From Basidiobolus meristosporus CBS 931.73 (Eukaryota > Fungi > Basidiobolomycota), in contig MCFE01000564.1 in NCBI GenBank assembly GCA_002104905.1, positions 1-57,505 of the forward strand: a stretch of 57,505 nucleotides of DNA. The letters are read 5' to 3'. Numbering within the stretch: position 1 is the first letter of the stretch; every line of letters begins with the position of its first letter. Of this stretch, positions 1 through 11,038 are shown piece after piece. A program made the translations under genes and the position numbers. Under the pieces are notes generated by a model that did no database searches, was not told the DNA's origin, and saw only the letters and a list, made by a program, of their open reading frames with translations.

Positions 1-2091
1 CACGGTCGAGAACGCTGTATTGAGGCAACTATGTACATCATGGATATGCTAATCTTGACTGATAGCCATGGATCAAGTACGTATGATTCTTGATCATATA
101 CTGAACTGAACACTGGTTGCTACCCCACACACTCGATGGACGAACCACATAGGATGATCTGAGAGATCGGTGGAGGCTTAGATCCACTAGAGCATATCGA
201 AAACGAGCCATTGGTCGGGGATGTACAAATAGCAATCCTTAAGGGTGAGAACATGGTAGGGTCTTACAGAGTGACGTTCAGAAAAATCAGGGATATTGAC
301 TCTAAGAGCATCCGATGTTGGATCGAACTCATTAATCCAATTTGCCACTGACCCATGTGGATTCCGACATTAGTCTAGTCGACCTGTCTCCTTTCTTCGT
401 GTCTGGCCCTTTGAATTCTAACATTTGCGAAACCCCCTACGGCCGCAATACGGAGTGTGGCAGGAAAGCAGGAATTGGCATGCAATGTACGCAAGGCTAC
501 TTTCAAGTTATGATAATAGGCCTAAGGTGGCTAGATTACCAGACTAGTTTACAGTATTGTAGCCTATATAGAAGAGCCCGGGCAACAATGGTAAGATTAA
601 GATTTACTTATGGATCACGCATAGTCAAAACACATTAGCGTCTCGGTTAGGACTTTATATTCCGACGGGTACTAATTTGTCAGCATGTACGCGTTTACTT
701 TCATTACCTAGCACCTTGCCATCTGGGTACATTTAATTCAAGGAGTCGCCTGTTAATTTGTCAGAAATTGGCTAATAGCTTTTTAATTTAGTACTCCTGG
801 ATGAGTCGGTCTCATGCTCGTCCAAGCGCTTCGAAAACCCGGCTTGACGCCTAATCCCAGACGACTGGGCCTTACTACCCAGCAACCCGTCTCTGATGGT
901 GAACAGGCACCCCAACCCCCGTTTGCAAGGCGCGCTACATGCGACGCTGTCTGGCATCCGAAGCATGAATCTGTAGCCAGGGCCGACTTGGTGGTAGACT
1001 ATCGGACTCCCCAGTATTCTGGTGCATCATCTTGCTCGGGTAGATTGTGCTGTTTCATTCAGAGCATGGGACTATTTTTGTTGTTGAAACCTCAGAACAC
1101 CTGGCTTCTTGTGAGATTACTCAGTGCTCAATGATCCAAGCGTGTGCACACATGAGCCTCCTGATCCGAGTGAGCTTCATAGCTATACGTTGAATGCAAG
1201 GTTTCTGCCTCCTCGATTGGGATCAGAATCAGAATCGTTTCCCATTCTAAATCAATATCACGTCCCCCATTGCAACAGGAATACCAATTCATTTGATTAG
1301 AGAACCGGATTGTTTTAAACTGCATTCGTTGTCCGTAGAGTCACTACAATCAATACCCGCAAGCCCAATTGGAATGGGCTAATAAAGATAACCAGTGTGT
1401 CTCAGCCGATAATTGCTTGCTGAGCTATGTTCGGCGCATTTAAGTAGGAAATGACCTTGTTTCGATAAGATTGGTTTGCCTTCTTTGTACTTGGTTGACC
1501 TATCCCCTGAATGCAATGAATATTGCCGTGTGCGGGGAGCTTCTCTATGAATGGCTCCTTGGTAGTATCTTGGAGTAAAACCATTGATCCTGCAGAGTCG
1601 TGGAATACCGAAATTTGCGTGCCCAACAATTATCAATACCCTCGCTTGTCTTTATTTAGTGTGGATGGAAAGGGGCTTGGCTTACTTGCACACCAGTTTT
1701 TTCCTTATTATCAAAATCTGAGTTTCAGTGAATCAAGATCAATCTTTTCATTCTAATATTTATCAGCCGGCGAAATTGGTTCGTTTCACCTACCCAGGGT
1801 GAGTGGGTTGGATCCGAAAGTACTTATACCGCCAATTCCCCGATGCTCATCAACTCAACTGGTTAGAAATACTTTCTCTCTGGCGACCACACGCATATTT
1901 GTCCCTCGTATACTTCTTCTTGCCCTTTAATCGCAGTCGAGTGGCTTTCGTACTACTATACATCAGTTATTGTCTTGATTTCGGCATACGTTGTATTCCT
2001 TGCAGTGACCAAAGTTGAATACGATCTTGACGCTCGAGAAATCCGGGATCGAAGTTGACAACACAAACAATTCTTGACTCAGTAGTGGACA

Positions 2092-3579
2092 ATGAATTTC
2101 GGACACCCTTCCTCAAGCGCCTCTCCGTATAGCCAGGCTAATACTGTCTCCATGTTCGAAACGTTTCACCAATCTCCCCACGGGGAATTTCGCACCTCAT
2201 TCTACAACCCATTCGAGGTAAAAACCCGAAAACGCACAAAAAAGAGTCAATTCAAAGTATTAGAGCGTACATTTCACGAAAACCCAAAGCCCAACAGTGC
2301 CTTAAGAAAGCAATTGGCTCAAGAACTGGATATGACGCTGAGAGGAGTTCAAGTGTGGTTTCAAAATCGACGTGCGAAGGCCAAAAATCAACGGATGACT
2401 GGAGGGAAGTCCGACGCAGCCTCTCTAGAGATTGGTGGTCAAGCAGATACCATACATTCCAGCGATATACATATAAGCAATCCTTTGCTGAATGAATCCT
2501 CCCATTTTTCCCTTCATGGCCTTGACTATGACTCAAACACGCATAACACTGATTCCAGGCACCAGAATATGACCTTGGACAAATCTTCCCAACCTTTCGA
2601 TAGGACCAGAGACTCGGTGCTTTTTTCAGCTTTCGACCTCAACACCGCATACTTTGCCTCGCAAGAGAACTCAAAATCATCAGAAGTTGCCCATTTTTCC
2701 GATTCCCCTGGAGATATGCTCCGAAAGAATAGACAGAAACGAAGCCCAGAGAACCTGAAGATCGCATCTACGCCTGAGCAGTATGAGTTGATGATGCACC
2801 AGCATCAAGCCCGCCGTGAACTCCACAATACTTCGGAGCAGCAGCGCAAAAGATCCTTGGAATCTCAACTCTACTACCACCAGCAAACTTACACTCGTAT
2901 GGAACCCAATGGGCGTACGCAAGAATTCCGAGAGCGAGCCAATTCTCTCCCAGGCCATAATGGAAGTTGTAGCCAATACAATCCAGCTTCTAGTAAGGCA
3001 GCATCCTACTCCTCCAGCTTGCTTAGTCCTATGCCAGGAACTGTTCCTGGGTCCGAAGTGACTCCACTCACTCCCGTAACCGGTGCCTCGATGCCTGAGC
3101 AAATCCACAACTACATGCATTCCTATAATTCGATAATCAGCCATGGGCTTCACACGCCAAGTGACATCGGTGATGGCAATCGGTCTATTGGTCAGCCGCC
3201 CTTGGTGGCAACATCTACACGAAGGAATTCATGTCCTCCTGAGTTTATGGCTGCATTTGTTGGAATGAACTACCTTGATGAAGAAAAAACCCAACTGGCT
3301 ACTATTGTCGAGGATGAGACTAATTCCGGTTACCATCAGGTCGCAACCTCAGGCGTGAATCCTAGGACAAACAGCGAATACCAGAGCCAACCCAAATACG
3401 CAAACGGCATGACTGTTGCTAGTGGTATGGAATATTCTCGACTTCAATATCGTCGATTGTCCGAGCCACGATTGAATAAGTTGATATACTCAATTGAGGA
3501 GCATCCCCATTCCCAAGGCTCAATCTCAGTGGACCCGGGGGCAGCGTTCGTCCATGGCCGTGGCTATATGACGAAATGA
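2092..3579 (+). CDS. Homeodomain transcription factor, single exon, 495 aa
   Basis: RKRTKKSQFKVLERTFHENPKPNSALRKQLAQELDMTLRGVQVWFQNRRAKAK contains the helix-3 WFQNRRAK signature, preceded by FYNPFEVK; long S/Q/H-rich low-complexity C-terminus. Confidence 0.92.
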   Translation: MNFGHPSSSASPYSQANTVSMFETFHQSPHGEFRTSFYNPFEVKTRKRTKKSQFKVLERTFHENPKPNSALRKQLAQELDMTLRGVQVWFQNRRAKAKNQRMTGGKSDAASLEIGGQADTIHSSDIHISNPLLNESSHFSLHGLDYDSNTHNTDSRHQNMTLDKSSQPFDRTRDSVLFSAFDLNTAYFASQENSKSSEVAHFSDSPGDMLRKNRQKRSPENLKIASTPEQYELMMHQHQARRELHNTSEQQRKRSLESQLYYHQQTYTRMEPNGRTQEFRERANSLPGHNGSCSQYNPASSKAASYSSSLLSPMPGTVPGSEVTPLTPVTGASMPEQIHNYMHSYNSIISHGLHTPSDIGDGNRSIGQPPLVATSTRRNSCPPEFMAAFVGMNYLDEEKTQLATIVEDETNSGYHQVATSGVNPRTNSEYQSQPKYANGMTVASGMEYSRLQYRRLSEPRLNKLIYSIEEHPHSQGSISVDPGAAFVHGRGYMTK

Positions 3580-4592
3580 GTAAACTTCTCACGCTGAAAT
3601 CTAATATTGTTGCGGGCGATCGAAAATCTGTGAATATGTATTTTTGAGTTATCTTTGTTAGGGCTAGGAATCACTTCTCACAAATACCATTGAAGGGCCA
3701 TTCTTTTTTAATAATTCTTTCGTTCTGTTGAACCCGGTTCTGTGGGGTTAGATTTTGATACTATATGTCCACTCCTTCCGATCAGGTTTCCACCTGAATT
3801 CATTTTGCGATTACATCCCCTACGGACAACTCCTTGAGACTGCTGGTCACTGAATGGCTTTGCTGCTGCTATTGCACATTAAAAGGCAATTCTAAACCAA
3901 TGCAGGATAGCCACACTTGACATCTGTGCTGTTCCTTCTTTCAATAACATACCCTTGCACTTCATGTTGGCCGAAACAATGATTCCAAATACCTGCTTAC
4001 AGGATTTTCTCTGGTGATACCAGTATCAAAACAGCCCAAGCAACTGCCTCATTTGGCTGTGGGATATTCCATATCGGAAACCTGCTCCAACAAGTAGGAG
4101 TTACGTCATGGGTTTAGTGCTGGATACTCTTGGTATAATATATTGTAGCATGAGCTAGGCTTGAAGGATCAGCGAATGATCGGATATTATCATCTGTCTG
4201 TTCTGAAATGATCCCACAAGATGTATCACCGATTAATCGAGTAATGAGTAACATCAAAACCTGCTGATACTAGTATAGGCAGGATAAGACGTGAAGGACT
4301 CGTTCGTATGGATACTACGATGTTCTGCCTGCACTTTCTTGTAATACCTGATCCAGCAAACGGTCTGAAGTGCTTTTGGAATATACATAAGGAGCCGTGT
4401 CGCTCAAGGGGACGATTTCGCCGCAGGGCAAAGGGTGCCTGGAATATGTGTAGTACCAAGCTAATTTCACAAGGTATAAATGACCTTATCTGAAAATTGA
4501 GTTGTATCTCGATGCAGTTTATTCTAAGTCATAGGATCTATTTAGTGATAATGTATATTACAGGCCGCAACCGAATCGAAACAGGTCAAGAT

Positions 4593-5657
4593 TTATAAAC
4601 CCTCTTTGGGAGTCATCCATCCGAACTTATCTTCAATATCACCGGTTTGAATACCACGGATAGCGCGGTAGAGCCTTTCAAATCCGACATCCAACCCTTC
4701 CTTCTCGCTGGTTACAATCACCTTGTTTCCACGAACGATACTTTTAATGGGGGTAACCACTACAGCAGTACCACAAGCGACAATCTCGTTGAATTTGTTT
4801 TCTTCAACTTCCTTGAAAGCAACCGGACGCACCTCCACGTTCCATCCAAACGATTCGGCGAGTTCGCACAAGGTACGACGAGTGATCGATTGCAGAATAG
4901 AAGGAGAATCTGGTGTAACTAAGGTGCACTTCTCACCATCGGGGTCATGAGTGATGGCCAAGAAGTTTGAGGTAGCGAATTCCTCAACGTAAGTGTGAGT
5001 CTTGGAGTCCAAAAACAAAATGATAGCATATCCCTGGTCATGCGCAGCGATATTGGAGATGAGACAGGGAGCATAGTTCCCGCCGACTTTGGCAGACCCA
5101 ACACCCTGAGGAGCGGTACGGTCGAAATCATCAATCACGAGAGCTGGAACAGGCTTAACTCCGCCTTGGTAGTAGTCGCCAACTGGAACGCAGAAGACTA
5201 TGAAGGTGTACTCTTCTGCAGGGCGAATTCCTACTTGTGGGCCTGATCCAAACAGAATAGGACGGATATAAAGGGAGCCGCCACTACCATAAGGAGGTAC
5301 ATATTCGCGATTTTCCTTGACCACCTTCTCGACAGCTTCAATAAACACATCTACCGGTGGTGCTTGCATAGAAACAGCCCTGGCTGAGTGTTGCATACGC
5401 TCTGCGTTAGCGCTGGCGCGGAAAATGCGTACCTTTCCGTCTTTGCATTGGTAGGCCTTCATTCCTTCGAAGCATTCCTGGCCGTAATGAAGAGCAGTAG
5501 CGGCAATGTGGATGGTCACGTAGGGCTCGGCCACCAACTCGCCTTTGTTCCATTCGCCATTGCGCCAAGTATACTTGATGTGGCAATTGGTAGGGCGATA
5601 CCTGAAATCTAAATTTACCCAATCCAAGTCTTTTGGTTGATTTTGTTCAACAGTCAT
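4593..5657 (-). CDS. ilvE: Branched-chain amino acid aminotransferase (PLP fold IV, IlvE-type), intronless, no obvious mitochondrial presequence
   Basis: Motifs LHYGQECFEGMKAY, SLYIRP, AKVGGNY (PLP lysine), ILQSITR and ACGTAVVVTPI in a 354-aa ORF. Confidence 0.95.
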   Translation of the reverse strand: MTVEQNQPKDLDWVNLDFRYRPTNCHIKYTWRNGEWNKGELVAEPYVTIHIAATALHYGQECFEGMKAYQCKDGKVRIFRASANAERMQHSARAVSMQAPPVDVFIEAVEKVVKENREYVPPYGSGGSLYIRPILFGSGPQVGIRPAEEYTFIVFCVPVGDYYQGGVKPVPALVIDDFDRTAPQGVGSAKVGGNYAPCLISNIAAHDQGYAIILFLDSKTHTYVEEFATSNFLAITHDPDGEKCTLVTPDSPSILQSITRRTLCELAESFGWNVEVRPVAFKEVEENKFNEIVACGTAVVVTPIKSIVRGNKVIVTSEKEGLDVGFERLYRAIRGIQTGDIEDKFGWMTPKEGL

Positions 5658-6600
5658 GATCGTTCTTCGCTGTTCTGCCTCGACATCGTCAAGCCTATTT
5701 TATATTCTACCTGACCATATCTTCTGACACGGAACATTTCGGAGACTGGTTAAATATCATCAGATAAACCGATTCTAGTTACCAAACCGGGTAGAGGAAT
5801 GTACACTTGACCTTCCTTAATTTTAACAAGTGGCTATCTCGTCCATTGAATAGGATTGCAATGGCAATCAAATGATCTCTACAAGGACGGGAGTCCCGCG
5901 CGAATCATCAGGACTGAATAGCAGGTTGTGCGACCTTCTTCGTGGCTTAATACTCGTTTATTCCGAAGATTTTCACCCGGTGTACGCGGTATGGGGAATA
6001 TTGGGGTGAAGAAGCCATGCGCTAAGCCTGGCATCGCAAGGCTGGGTTCAGATAGCTTGGTTGCCTACATGGGCCCTTCAAGACGCGCCACAATATAGAT
6101 AGTAAATACGGCGGTGATTTGAATCAGACTGATGACTTGAATGTTCCGAACACCGATATTTCATCCTTCCTTGATTTTCCATATCTGGCCTATTCCTGGG
6201 AAACAGTGCAAAAACACCACCCCTAAATGTGATATCAGTAGCCTATTTCGGTGGCAATCCCAGTATAGCATGATCACAACAACCCGAAACTGCAGTGGGC
6301 ATACCGTATTCGTATCCACATGGTGAGGATTCCCAAAAATGACCCACTCGCAGAAATGGAACTGGAAGGCTGGCCGTGACTAGTATGCGAGTCCCGTGAT
6401 ATGATGAAATCAGCGCTCCGTAGTTTAACCAGGCCCATATTGATTTCAAGGAGCCGTAAATGAGGCAGTTGCGCATCTTGACGATAAGTTCAGTTTATTT
6501 TAAGATTATATTATGTGGCACGATTAGCCTGCTTGATGGATTATCAGGATCTACTAATTTCCGAAGATTCTCTAATAGTCCAAGAGGTGAATCAAGCTGC

Positions 6601-7110
6601 TCAATGGGTTCGTTTTCCAAAAACATTCTCTATCGTTGGTATGGTAGCCATCCAAGGAACGCAGCCATTGATTCTTTGCGCAGTGATGTAAGTCTCGCAC
6701 GAAAAATCCCTAGCGCGCCCAAGATTTCTTCTTGCGAATACAGTAGCATTCTGATAAAGTGGAACGCAATCGTCCAGAGACTCTGCAGTGGCGATGGGGC
6801 AGAAACCTCGCATACACAATCGAAATTGGTTCTCACATGTATATTTACTGGCACCGCAAGTTTTGTAACAAAGGTCCTTCAAATCGCAACAAGGGGCATA
6901 GACGCCATTTGCCTCGAGTCGGATCTTCGAGCAGCCGATATCGTCAAGCCAGCCTTGAGGTGGTGGTGGAGATGGGCATGATATTGGTTGTGCACCGGGT
7001 GCCCATAGAAGGTCAACATTCCGCAGCAGAAACTCATCACCTGCGACGAATGTCCAAAAAAATGAGCAGATAAGAAGGATTCCCTGACCAAGGCAATGAT
7101 TGGCTCTCAT
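6601..7110 (-). CDS. Secreted phospholipase A2 group XII-like protein, catalytic His replaced by Lys
   Basis: Hydrophobic N-terminal signal-like segment; Cys pattern CCDLKDLCYKTCGASKYTCENQFRLCMRGFC matches the group XII CCxxHDxCYxTCGxxKxxCxxxFxxC pattern except H>K (AAG codon at 6877-6879); YITAQ..C C-terminal motif. Confidence 0.72.
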   Translation of the reverse strand: MRANHCLGQGILLICSFFWTFVAGDEFLLRNVDLLWAPGAQPISCPSPPPPQGWLDDIGCSKIRLEANGVYAPCCDLKDLCYKTCGASKYTCENQFRLCMRGFCPIATAESLDDCVPLYQNATVFARRNLGRARDFSCETYITAQRINGCVPWMATIPTIENVFGKRTH

Positions 7111-8373
7111 TGTAATACTCTAAATGAATGAAATCCTTGATGAAGGCACCAAATCAATTCAAAGAAGCCAAATGACGGTGGGAGCCACAAGAATGGAAGT
7201 CGAACCACCACCACTACCCAACGCTATCTTTATTTTATTGCCAAAGATTTCAGGTTTGGCTCACTGCCAAACAAGATTTCACATCAGTAATATGAAACAC
7301 GTAGTGTATTGAAACTAGCCTACCATGAGGTCGAGCAACCGGGCCTCATCAGAGTGTTTCGATCCATGCCTATGCGCAAGAGCAAGCATGTTTGAGGTAC
7401 GAAACGCTTACTGCGATTCTCTTTGCCCTGATATGGTTACTTATTCTGATGACTTGGACTGAACCCGGATATTTGGCAGATTCCCGCTGTATTCGCTACT
7501 TTCATCAGTGCCCAAAGGGTCTGATATCACTCGGACGCTTCCGGGTACAAAAGCTGTACGGCATCTTTAGGCCTAGCTATCCCGGGCTTCTTATCAGGAT
7601 TGATATGGTGAACTGAGGTGTTGCGACTCTCGAAGCTGCTTTCCGTTGGTCAAGTGACTTTTCCTTCGCGACAGCATTATCTGCAATGACCTTGATTGCC
7701 AAGTCGAGAAAACTGCAATTACAAGAATCGCTCCTAAAACAATATACAGCAGCCAATTAAGATGGTATCAGGAGTGTAAAATCTAGATTCAGTTTGATAT
7801 CCAAGAGCTGGGATAAATATTTATTAGAGACCAATGATATGAGGAGTAAGGGCATTCCCATGTTAATCACTTACTCCCCAGGTTTAGAGATCGACGGATT
7901 AGTGCGAAATATTGAGACCAATATTGCTTCGCGAGGAGTGCTCTGAGGATATTTATTTTCCATGTTTACATAATTTGCACTGTCTCAGGAACACCACGTC
8001 AAGACCCATGATGTTGTGCCGTATTCAAGGCCCATCGGTAACATGGAGGGTAGAAAATTGAGCTAATATCGCTAGGGATATTAGATGGCTAACAAAGGTC
8101 TTGATGTCTCATGATAGGTCGAAGTTGTTATTCCTTCCAACCATAATTATGGAATACTCACATCATTGGATAAGTTCGTTAAATACTGATTAAGATTTTG
8201 TGTTGCTCGTTTTGTGTGTTTGCCGAAATATAGTGATGTAAAACCTCTTCACACTGGGGATGCAATCTTTGGATTATAGACGATAATCTTCATACGAAGT
8301 AAAGGAGACCTGTCGGATATAAAACCGTTTGCGTCGTTAGAATTTATCACATAATTGCCTAGAGCCCTCGAAA

Positions 8374-9692
8374 ATGCATATTTATATCAAAATCTTTCTG
8401 TGTACTTTACTTGCTGGCGCACCATTCGAAGTGTGGTCTCAATCCTGTAGCCAGATAGCAATGCGCCAGGAAATCCGTTCTCTTAGCCCCGCGCAGTTAC
8501 AGACATTTATCAAAGCAATCCAGGACCTTCACACGGGCCCTTCGCCTACGGAGTATGACAACCTCGCCAATATCCATGCAACATATTTTAATGAAGCTCA
8601 TAACAACGCTGCTTTCTTTCCTTGGCATCGAAAATTCATAAGAGAATTCGAGCTAGCCCTACAAAAGAAAAACCCGAGTGTATACTTGCCTTACTGGGTA
8701 AGCAGAAGATCAATTCGTGCAAGACATTGATGTTCAATATTGACTTTTTCACAGGACTGGAGCCTGGACTCTCAATCGCCAGAAGAAAGTATCATATTTT
8801 CGAAAAATTACTTTGGTGGCAACGGTGTCTCGAGCAGAAACTACTGCCTTGAAGATGGCCCATTCGCAAACTGGACCATGAGATATCCCAATGTTCACTG
8901 CCTCAAACGACAGTTTGATGGTACTGCTCCCAATACCATAGAGGCGTTTTATTCTCCAGAGACATTGCAATACACCATCAAGAATGCTACCAACTTTGAT
9001 ACCCTGCGCAGAAATATCGAGTCGCCACCCCATGGTGTTGTTCACATCGGTATTGGTGGAAACGAAGGGGACATGTCTTTTGCTACCAGTACCAATGAGT
9101 AAGTTTCCTGCTCTTGCTATCGAAAATCACAAATACTAACGCCTAGATACTACCTGACAACAGCCCATTATTTTGGCTTCACCACGCATTCATCGATAAA
9201 ATCTGGGCAGATTGGCAAAAAGCCAATCCTTCGAAATCCAGCGACTATGGAGGGGTTGGGCCTAGAAATACCAGAGCCAAACTTACTGACATCATGGTGC
9301 CATTTAAAGTTGGTGTGAACACCATGATGGACACTACTAAAGCAGGGCTTTGCTATCGCTATGCAGAACTACCATCTCAAAATTTCAAATTGCCACTGCG
9401 TAAGCGGGAATTGAATAACTCGACCACAAATGCAATTCAGGACAATGATACAAACCACTGGTACAAGCTTCATTTGCCAAAGCCCCTGCCTGACTCCTAT
9501 ATCCATATGATGGGTATGAGTGTGCCTGATGTTCGAGCCCTCGAAAAGGGTTGGGCGACTGTAACTGAAAGTGTCAACAGTATTGCTACGTATGTTTCGC
9601 CCATATGCCTAGCAAAGAAAAACGAAACCTTGAGCAGCTTTTTCCACTTCGCATTCTCCTACTCCAGCTCAAGCTACTCCAACAGCCATTGA
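8374..9692 (+). CDS. Secreted tyrosinase / type-3 di-copper protein, 3 exons (8374-8697, 8755-9098, 9164-9692)
   Basis: Signal peptide, RQEIRSLS, CuA His residues (NIH, EAH, FFPWHR), PYWDW across intron 1, CuB His residues (PHGVVH, DPLFWLHHAFID across intron 2). Introns 8698-8754 and 9099-9163 are GTAAG...CAG and the second has a TACTAAC branch point. Confidence 0.92.
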
Positions 9693-10053
9693 GGTGCATC
9701 CCACGAAATCCTGGAGATATGAGTGATGTATTAAGAGTTGGTTTTTATGGGAATTTTGTGATTACGAGCCAAGGCCTTACAGGGATATTGCTTCGCCATC
9801 GGTTTTTGCTTAAAATTCAGCAACATTAATCAATACCGAGCTTTACGTGCTGCCCATGTTTTAAATAGAGCGCGGGCATCATCCTGCGGTTTACATGAAT
9901 TGTTAATCAACTAATACGTTGCAGAGTGGTCGGTACCGCACTCCAGAATATTTATTTAGATTAACAGGTTGAAAGGAAGAAGGAGCATTTTTACAAACTG
10001 AATATTAACCCACTAATAATAAAGTCACCTTGGAATATTGTTGACAAAGCTAA

Positions 10054-11038
10054 TTAATTACCGAGGCCCTTCCACTTTGTGCCATCTGCTTGAATGACGT
10101 CGATCTGATCAAGAGCAAGTGGTCCATGTTCAGCAATGTCAATCTGCAAGAGCTTATCCCAATATGCGGTAACCTGCTCAGGGCTGAGAGCTGACATGTC
10201 TTGATACTCCTTCAAGAAAGTATCCCAGAATTTGTTTTCTTGATCTTTGTTATCCCAAGAGCCGCTGTCCTTCGAGGCGGTGCGTAGGAGCAGCGTCTTT
10301 CTAACCATATGCAGCTTGACTGGCATCTCCTCGGGAACAATTTCCCTGGTCAGGGATATGATATCAAACTTTCTATGCTTTCGCATACTCATGAAAAGAC
10401 CCAGCACCTTTTTCCGAATTGCTGCTCTCTCTACCGTATACGTAGTACGCATCCAAGCAGCAAGCTTACGCTTTGAATCCTCACTGCAGAAAACCTTGCT
10501 TGGTAAAAGATCCCACTGATTCACTACTTCGACAAGCTTGTCATCGTCTTCGGGAAGGAAGAAGTTGGATTCTGGAGCATAGAAATGCTCGAGCAGCTTT
10601 TTAGTTAGCTCGTCTGATTTGGGGTCAAGTTGAACACTCCAGTGATCAGGAACAACGGCCTGACTCTGCGCTCCGCCAGAAGCTTCAACTGCATTGACAA
10701 TCTTTTTGTGAGTATCCAGGACCGCTTCGTATAAAGCCATTGCGCGCTCACTATCGTTGAGAACCTGGAAAAACAGCGATTGTAAGAGAAGGGTGAGGAT
10801 AGATAAAACGACAGTCAGCACTTACGTTTTCGAAATCCTCCTTAGAAGGCAACTTGAGTGGGGACTGCTCTTCATTCTGTTGATCGTTGGTGATGTTCTC
10901 TTGTCCCTGGGATGCAGTTATAGGCTTTTCAAAAACAGAAGGTAAGTGAACAGCTTCGGCTTCAGCTGGCAGGTCCTTGACAACGGTATCTCTTATATCG
11001 GAGAGAGACGGGCGATGGGTGCGTTGTTGGGTCGCCAT
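10054..11038 (-). CDS. Hypothetical protein, 307 aa, 2 exons (11038-10826, 10764-10054)
   Basis: ORFs 10751..11038 and 10054..10821 join in frame through a 61-nt GTAAGT...TTCCAG intron (10825-10765); globular-looking helical C-terminal part; no family recognised. Confidence 0.7.

Noticed and set aside
4563-4572. Minus-strand GGTTGCGGCC, identical to the start of fungal 5S rRNA
   Set aside because: Similarity ends after 10 nt; it lies in the AT-rich 3' flank of ilvE.
7470-7770. Short TM-like minus-strand frame (WLLYIVLGAILVIAVFSTW) and adjacent fragments
   Set aside because: No start codon or consistent splice model, and several stops; at most an unidentifiable relic.
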